NCBI GenBank assembly: GCA_040879435.1
Contig: JBBDKG010000003.1
Location: 1-53,289 of the forward strand
From: Minisyncoccota bacterium
Lineage (GTDB): Bacteria; Patescibacteriota; Minisyncoccia; Phycocordibacterales; UBA918
DNA: 53,289 nucleotides
Direction: 5' to 3'
Below, one piece after another: positions 48,521-53,289 of this stretch. Position 1 is the first letter of the stretch; every line of letters starts with the position of its first letter. Made by a program: the position numbers and the translations under genes. Below the pieces are notes generated by a model, which saw only the letters and a program-made list of their open reading frames with translations, was not told where the DNA came from and made no database searches.

Positions 48521-50220
48521 GCGCGCACTGCTTCCCTCTCTAGCAACCGATAGTATGCACGACCCAATCTGATGACTTCGTAGTCATATTCCTCGTTCAG
48601 GTGCTCGAAGATCGGCTTCAGCTTTTCATCACCCACCGCCTCAATGGCCTCTTGAACCTTCGGCCAGATGGTATCCCACTCATCCGGAAGCAGATGGTCA
48701 ATGTTACCAACAGTGATCTCCCGAGCCGCGATCAACTCCTCGATGTGGCCCCAGATGGTCGACTGCACCATGCCGCGTTCCTTTGCGATCTCTGCGATCG
48801 TTTTCTTTTCATTCAAAAGTCCTTTTGTTGCTTCGGTCGTACTTTCTTTCTTAAGCCGTGTCGCGCTATCAGTTGGTTTACCGATGTCCTCCGCACGCGG
48901 CACGCGCCCGCCATGTGCCGACACGAACTGCTGGTGCATGTTCGCAAGCTCTTCGTCCTCCATATCACTGAACATGCGCTCTGCAGCCTCACTCTCACTG
49001 CGGAACTGCTCGTCGCGCGCAACGATACGCGGATCGACACGAAGCGCGGTCGGACTCATACCGAGCATCTTCAAGCCTTGGAGTGTCCGCACACGAGAGA
49101 GCGCCACGTATCCTTGTCCGAAGACGAACGCTTTTGCCAGATCGATCTCAGCAGCATCGAGGGACATCCCCTGACTCTTATGCACCGTGATGGCCCACGC
49201 AAGCCGGAGCGGCACCTGTGTCACTTCTGCAAGTACCTTCCCGTCCTCCGATACACTCCAACTGGTCGGTTCGATCTTAATCTCGCGCCCCGTCGCGGTC
49301 CGAATGACTGGATACCCATCGTCGGCATCAAAGTGCACCACCCTGCCGAGCGTTCCGTTCACGTATCCCACCTCGAAGTTGTTCTTGGTGCACATCACCA
49401 TCGCATCCTCCTTGAGTTGGAGCGACTCTGGTGAGAGACAGCTCTTCACAAGACTCGTAAGTAGCTGCCGGTTGCCGCGTGCCTGCATCGCGAACGAGGT
49501 GGTGCGACCGGAAAGCGCGTTCAGCTGTGCCGTGTTCACCGCATCCACGTCAGCGTTGTGTGTATAGAGTTTCGTCGGTTCTATATCTGTATATGAAATA
49601 TCGGTCTGTTCGGAGAGCAGTGTGTAGTGTGACTCGTCCACATCGTTCCGACGGATCGACTGCAGGAGACCGAGCAGCATCTCATCCTCCTGCCGGTACT
49701 GCTCGGTGAGGTAGCATGCGATCGGACGTGCCTCCGCCCACGCACGTGATTCGAATGCATAGTGGACTTCCATGCCGCGTGGGACGATCGGCGGCAATTG
49801 GAAGAAGTCTCCCACAAACACGACCTGCAGCCCGCCGAACGATTCGGGGCGCTTTCGGACCGTCCTGCATACCCGATCCACCATGTCGAGTATGTTCCCG
49901 TCGAGCATGGATATCTCGTCAATGACGAGCACGTGCGCCTTAGTGATCCGCTTCACGGTCTTCTCCTTTGTGGCGATCGAATCAAGGTCGCGTGCTGTGA
50001 GTGAATCGCGGATACCGATACCGCTCCACGAATGGATGGTCATGCCACCGATATGTGTCGCGGCAATACCGGTTGAGGCGGTCACGGCAACGGAGAGGCC
50101 TGCCGCCTCAAGCCATGCGATGTATTCGTTGATGACGTACGTCTTGCCGCTTCCCGGTTCGCCGGAGAGGAATACATTCCCGCCGGTCTTGAGTATCGAA
50201 AGCGCCTGTGATTGCAGCAT
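48517..50220 (-). CDS. PIF1-family DNA helicase with C-terminal HTH
   Basis: 'GEPGSGKT', 'DEISM', 'GDFFQLPP', 'TVHKSQG', 'YVALSR'; C-terminal 'IAEIAKERG...TIWGH'; start ATG 50220. Confidence 0.93.
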   Translation of the reverse strand: MLQSQALSILKTGGNVFLSGEPGSGKTYVINEYIAWLEAAGLSVAVTASTGIAATHIGGMTIHSWSGIGIRDSLTARDLDSIATKEKTVKRITKAHVLVIDEISMLDGNILDMVDRVCRTVRKRPESFGGLQVVFVGDFFQLPPIVPRGMEVHYAFESRAWAEARPIACYLTEQYRQEDEMLLGLLQSIRRNDVDESHYTLLSEQTDISYTDIEPTKLYTHNADVDAVNTAQLNALSGRTTSFAMQARGNRQLLTSLVKSCLSPESLQLKEDAMVMCTKNNFEVGYVNGTLGRVVHFDADDGYPVIRTATGREIKIEPTSWSVSEDGKVLAEVTQVPLRLAWAITVHKSQGMSLDAAEIDLAKAFVFGQGYVALSRVRTLQGLKMLGMSPTALRVDPRIVARDEQFRSESEAAERMFSDMEDEELANMHQQFVSAHGGRVPRAEDIGKPTDSATRLKKESTTEATKGLLNEKKTIAEIAKERGMVQSTIWGHIEELIAAREITVGNIDHLLPDEWDTIWPKVQEAIEAVGDEKLKPIFEHLNEEYDYEVIRLGRAYYRLLEREAVRA

Positions 50221-50308
50221 AGTGATAAGGGTACCATACACGTCATATGCTCCCGACTCTTCACAACACCGACGTGCTGGTGTGTCAAAACGTTGTATAA
50301 TTTATGCA

Positions 50309-52108
50309 ATGACACGTTCTTCTGTTGCAACCAAAAGACCGAAGAAACGGAAAAAGGAACCGCGTACCACCGCTTCGCCGCTCTCACGTACGGCGGTAGT
50401 GAAAAGTGTGAAGCGTGAGCCGCTCGGCCACCTCCTTCTCGAGAAGCTCCTCTATGCAGCCGGGTTCTCCGGCACTATTGCGACCGACACCGAAACCCTC
50501 ACCGAATTCAGTACCGACGAAAGTATCTTCAAGATCATGCCGCAGATCGTTCTGCGGCCAAAGACCGCAAAGGACATTGAAACGGTTGTTTCCGTGCTCG
50601 GTGCTGAAACCAAACGGTTTCCGTCCATATCACTCACTCCACGGGCAGCGGGTACTGGTCTTTCCGGTGGTTCACTTACCGACTCGGTGGTCATCGACGT
50701 TTGTGAGTATCTTGCTGACATCGGCAAACCAAAGATCTCTGGCGACACAGCCACGATCATCTGCGAACCGGGTGCAATGTGGCGCGATGTGGAAGCGGCG
50801 CTTGCCGAACACGGTTTCTATATCCCTGCGTACCCCGCCTCGAAGGATTTCTGCACCATTGGTGGGTCGGTGGCGAACAATGCTGCAGGACCAGACTCAC
50901 TCCGCTATGGACACGTCGCTGAATGGGTGGATTCTGTCGATGTGGTGCTTAGCGATGGCAATACATACACGATACAACCACTCACGTACAAAGCCTTTAC
51001 GAAGCTCATCAAAGAGGACCACGAGCATGCGCGCATCGCCCGCGAGGTCTTTACACTGATCGAGGAGAACGAAACGGCGATCAAACGTGCACACCCGAAG
51101 ACCGCGAAGAACACTGCAGGGTATGCGCTCTGGGATGTGCTCGACGGTCTTTCGGTAAAGGAGTTCAAGCGTGGTGTGGGGACATTCGACCTCACCCGGC
51201 TCATTTCAGGTAGTCAGGGGACGCTCGGCATCGTGACCAGTGTCACCATGCGCGCGATCCCGCTGGGGACCAATACACAACTCATAGCGGTACCGGTATT
51301 CGATCTGGTCAAGGCTGGTACGGTCGTGCAAGAGGCGCTTAAGTTCAATCCACTTAACATAGAGGTGTTTGATGATCTCACATTTGATCTCGCACTTAAG
51401 AATCCCCAGTTCTTTAGAAAGCGACTCTCCGGCACCGCATACTACAAATCCCTCTTTTCAATGTATGCAACGTATCATGTACGGTACCGAGGCAAGACAC
51501 CGATGTTCACCCTCCTCGTCACCCTCGACGACGCAACGCTCTCAAAGTCCCGGCTTGAGACCATTCTAGCGGCACTCAAGAAGCACGCGCCGGGTGCGCG
51601 GCATATTGTGAACGAGAGTGAGGTTGAGATGCTGTGGCAGCTTCGGCGCGCCAGCTACCCGCTCTCGAAACTCGAAGATCCTACCAAACGCCCTGCACCG
51701 TTCCTTGAGGACATGGTCGTACCGCCGCAGCACCTCGCACCTTTCTTTACCAACATAAAGCGACTGTTGAAGAAATACAACGTCGTTGCTGCGGTGCACG
51801 GACACGGGGGCAACGGACACTTCCATTTCTATCCCCTGTTGGATTTCACACGCAGATCGACACCTGCGCTCATTGAAAAGATGGCCGACGAGTTCTTTGC
51901 GCTAGCGCTTAAGTATGATGGCAGCATCTGCGGTGAACACAACGACGGCATCATCCGTACCCCGTACCTCACGCAGATGTTCAGCAAGACCATACTGAAC
52001 CTGTTTGTTGAGCTGGAACATATTTTTGATCCTGATGACATCTTCAACCCGGGCAAGAAGGTCAATCCACGCTTTGATATCAAAGACTCCATTCGTGACA
52101 CGAACTGA
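50309..52108 (+). CDS. FAD-linked oxidase (GlcD/D-lactate dehydrogenase-like)
   Basis: 'RAAGTGLSGG', 'IGGSVANNAAG', 'GHGGNGHFH', 'GEHNDG'; start ATG 50309. Confidence 0.9.
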   Translation: MTRSSVATKRPKKRKKEPRTTASPLSRTAVVKSVKREPLGHLLLEKLLYAAGFSGTIATDTETLTEFSTDESIFKIMPQIVLRPKTAKDIETVVSVLGAETKRFPSISLTPRAAGTGLSGGSLTDSVVIDVCEYLADIGKPKISGDTATIICEPGAMWRDVEAALAEHGFYIPAYPASKDFCTIGGSVANNAAGPDSLRYGHVAEWVDSVDVVLSDGNTYTIQPLTYKAFTKLIKEDHEHARIAREVFTLIEENETAIKRAHPKTAKNTAGYALWDVLDGLSVKEFKRGVGTFDLTRLISGSQGTLGIVTSVTMRAIPLGTNTQLIAVPVFDLVKAGTVVQEALKFNPLNIEVFDDLTFDLALKNPQFFRKRLSGTAYYKSLFSMYATYHVRYRGKTPMFTLLVTLDDATLSKSRLETILAALKKHAPGARHIVNESEVEMLWQLRRASYPLSKLEDPTKRPAPFLEDMVVPPQHLAPFFTNIKRLLKKYNVVAAVHGHGGNGHFHFYPLLDFTRRSTPALIEKMADEFFALALKYDGSICGEHNDGIIRTPYLTQMFSKTILNLFVELEHIFDPDDIFNPGKKVNPRFDIKDSIRDTN

Positions 52109-52182
52109 CATTCCTGCTTGAAAAATCATACACAGGGCGTATAGTGCGGAGAGGTACCTCGCAGACAGGAAGGACCAGAGCG

Positions 52183-52536
52183 ATGAGCACCCAAACACTC
52201 GCAGCGAATTCCAACAACCAGAGTGACGCGGTCGCCACAAGCGACGCGGTCCTGAACCAGAATCTCTCCTTTCTTGCTCAGGCAGCACGAGGAGAGATCC
52301 AACCCTTCATCAGTGCGTCAGACGATTTTCTCAAGCTGTTGATGGAGCGGTACAAGGGAGATGTACGGAATTTCTTTCAGGACGTATATACCGCGATGCT
52401 CGACGGAGGCCAGCCCTGGGCTTTCGAGATCGAAGGTCCTGATGGAATTCGAGTCGAAGGTGCTGTTCACGCCGGCACGTTCGCCGGAAATGATCTTGAG
52501 TCGGTCGACAACATCGCGATCATTCTCGACTCCTGA
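52183..52536 (+). CDS. Hypothetical protein (ORFan)
   Basis: TTGAAA-16-TATAGT promoter; purine-rich SD-like AGGAAGG; hairpin 52546-52570. Confidence 0.6.
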   Translation: MSTQTLAANSNNQSDAVATSDAVLNQNLSFLAQAARGEIQPFISASDDFLKLLMERYKGDVRNFFQDVYTAMLDGGQPWAFEIEGPDGIRVEGAVHAGTFAGNDLESVDNIAIILDS

Positions 52537-52545
52537 GAACCAAAC

Positions 52546-52570
52546 AACGTCCCGCGCTGCGGGACGTTTT
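52546..52570 (+). terminator. Intrinsic terminator-like hairpin
   Basis: aacgtcccgc-gct-gcgggacgtt-tt. Confidence 0.65.
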
Positions 52571-52585
52571 GCTATACTATGACGC

Positions 52586-52948
52586 ATGGAAAACGAAACA
52601 ACATACACCGGCTCATGCCACTGCGGCGCGGTCGCATTTGAGTTCACTACTGCACCCATCGAGGCTGGGTTAGCCTGCAACTGCTCACACTGTCACCGAA
52701 AGGGCTTCATTCTCACTTTCCTTCCCAAGTCGCAGTTCACACTGAAAAGCGGTGAGGACAATCTCACGGAATACCGTTTCAACAAAAAGCAACTGGCACA
52801 CCAGTTCTGCAAGACGTGTGGGGTGCAGGCATTTGCGTTCGGCACTGGTGAGGATGGTACTGAGACAGCGGCCATCAACCTCCGGTGTGTGGAAGGTATT
52901 GATATCGATTCACTCACACTGAACCGATATAACGGAAAGGATGTGTAG
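52586..52948 (+). CDS. GFA/CENP-V family Zn protein (copy 2)
   Basis: 'GSCHCG', 'CNCSHC', 'HQFCKTCG', 'INLRC'. Confidence 0.92.
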   Translation: MENETTYTGSCHCGAVAFEFTTAPIEAGLACNCSHCHRKGFILTFLPKSQFTLKSGEDNLTEYRFNKKQLAHQFCKTCGVQAFAFGTGEDGTETAAINLRCVEGIDIDSLTLNRYNGKDV

Positions 52949-52951
52949 TTT

Positions 52952-53086
52952 TTAGTACCCGCTGGATAGGAGTACCATGAACCATCCTGTGATGAGCAGG
53001 AACGAGCCCGCGAAAAGAGCGACGAAAAGCGTTCCGTACCCAAGGCGTTCGGATCTCTTTGTGATGGTATAGATGAGTTCCTTCAT
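52952..53086 (-). CDS. Small membrane protein (44 aa, not in the ORF track)
   Basis: Manual translation MKELIYTITKRSERLGYGTLFVALFAGSFLLITGWFMVLLSSGY*; TGaTACTGT -10-like box 8 nt upstream of the ATG. Confidence 0.55.
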   Translation of the reverse strand: MKELIYTITKRSERLGYGTLFVALFAGSFLLITGWFMVLLSSGY

Positions 53087-53212
53087 AGGCGCGTACAGTA
53101 TCACGTTTATGCTGAAGACTACATGAAGGACCTCATGAAAGCATTATTTCTTCCCTTTGTATCAAGACAACGCCCGCGAAATGTGTTATAAATCCCCCGT
53201 CCGTTTTAACAC

Positions 53213-53287
53213 GGCCCTATCGTCTAACGGCTAGGACATATCCCTCTCACGGATAAAATCGGGGTTCGATTCCCCGTAGGGTCACCA
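53213..53287 (+). tRNA. tRNA-Glu (anticodon CTC)
   Basis: Acceptor GGCCCTA/TAGGGTC, anticodon arm TATCC-CT CTC AC-GGATA, GGTTCGATTCC T-arm, encoded CCA. Confidence 0.96.
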
Positions 53288-53289
53288 AA

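Noticed and set aside
50330-50360. NLS-like 'KRPKKRKK' in the FAD oxidase N-terminus
   Set aside because: No secretion signal or other effector evidence; basic tails also occur on other proteins here.
1-53289. CRISPR array, IS/transposase, prophage core genes, or TGA recoding (code 25)
   Set aside because: No spaced direct repeats, transposase or phage structural motifs were seen. Conserved genes such as aspS, scpA, scpB and murG end properly at TGA.

Overview
A compact, gene-dense bacterial chromosome segment read with genetic code 11 (TGA acts as a stop). Gene content and style suggest Patescibacteria/CPR, probably Parcubacteria; this is an inference. Housekeeping genes: grpE-dnaK-dnaJ, trpS, a GAD-less archaeal-type aspS, gltX, cysS, scpA/scpB, a dacA-like gene-mraY-ftsW-murG, murI, rpmA/rplI/rplU, dnaB with a 427-aa LAGLIDADG intein, recR, rmuC, truB, msrAB, a PIF1-family helicase and tRNA-Glu(CTC). 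Single-gene ORFan units are scattered among them. No CRISPR array, rRNA or transposase was seen. Most notable observations: (1) a ~390-nt, promoter-led, multi-domain structured non-coding region directly upstream of a Xer-type tyrosine recombinase, which is translationally coupled to an A/T-richer PD-(D/E)xK-like gene; (2) two initiation styles, with core genes having a -10 box only 6-10 nt before the ATG (leaderless-like) and ORFans carrying Shine-Dalgarno motifs and their own terminators; (3) a hidden antisense ~190-nt promoter-SD-14aa-terminator unit between scpA and scpB; (4) a strong-SD Met-Ser-stop uORF in the chaperone leader, two small membrane ORFs missing from the ORF track, and a possible non-AUG start for a lytic transglycosylase-like gene.
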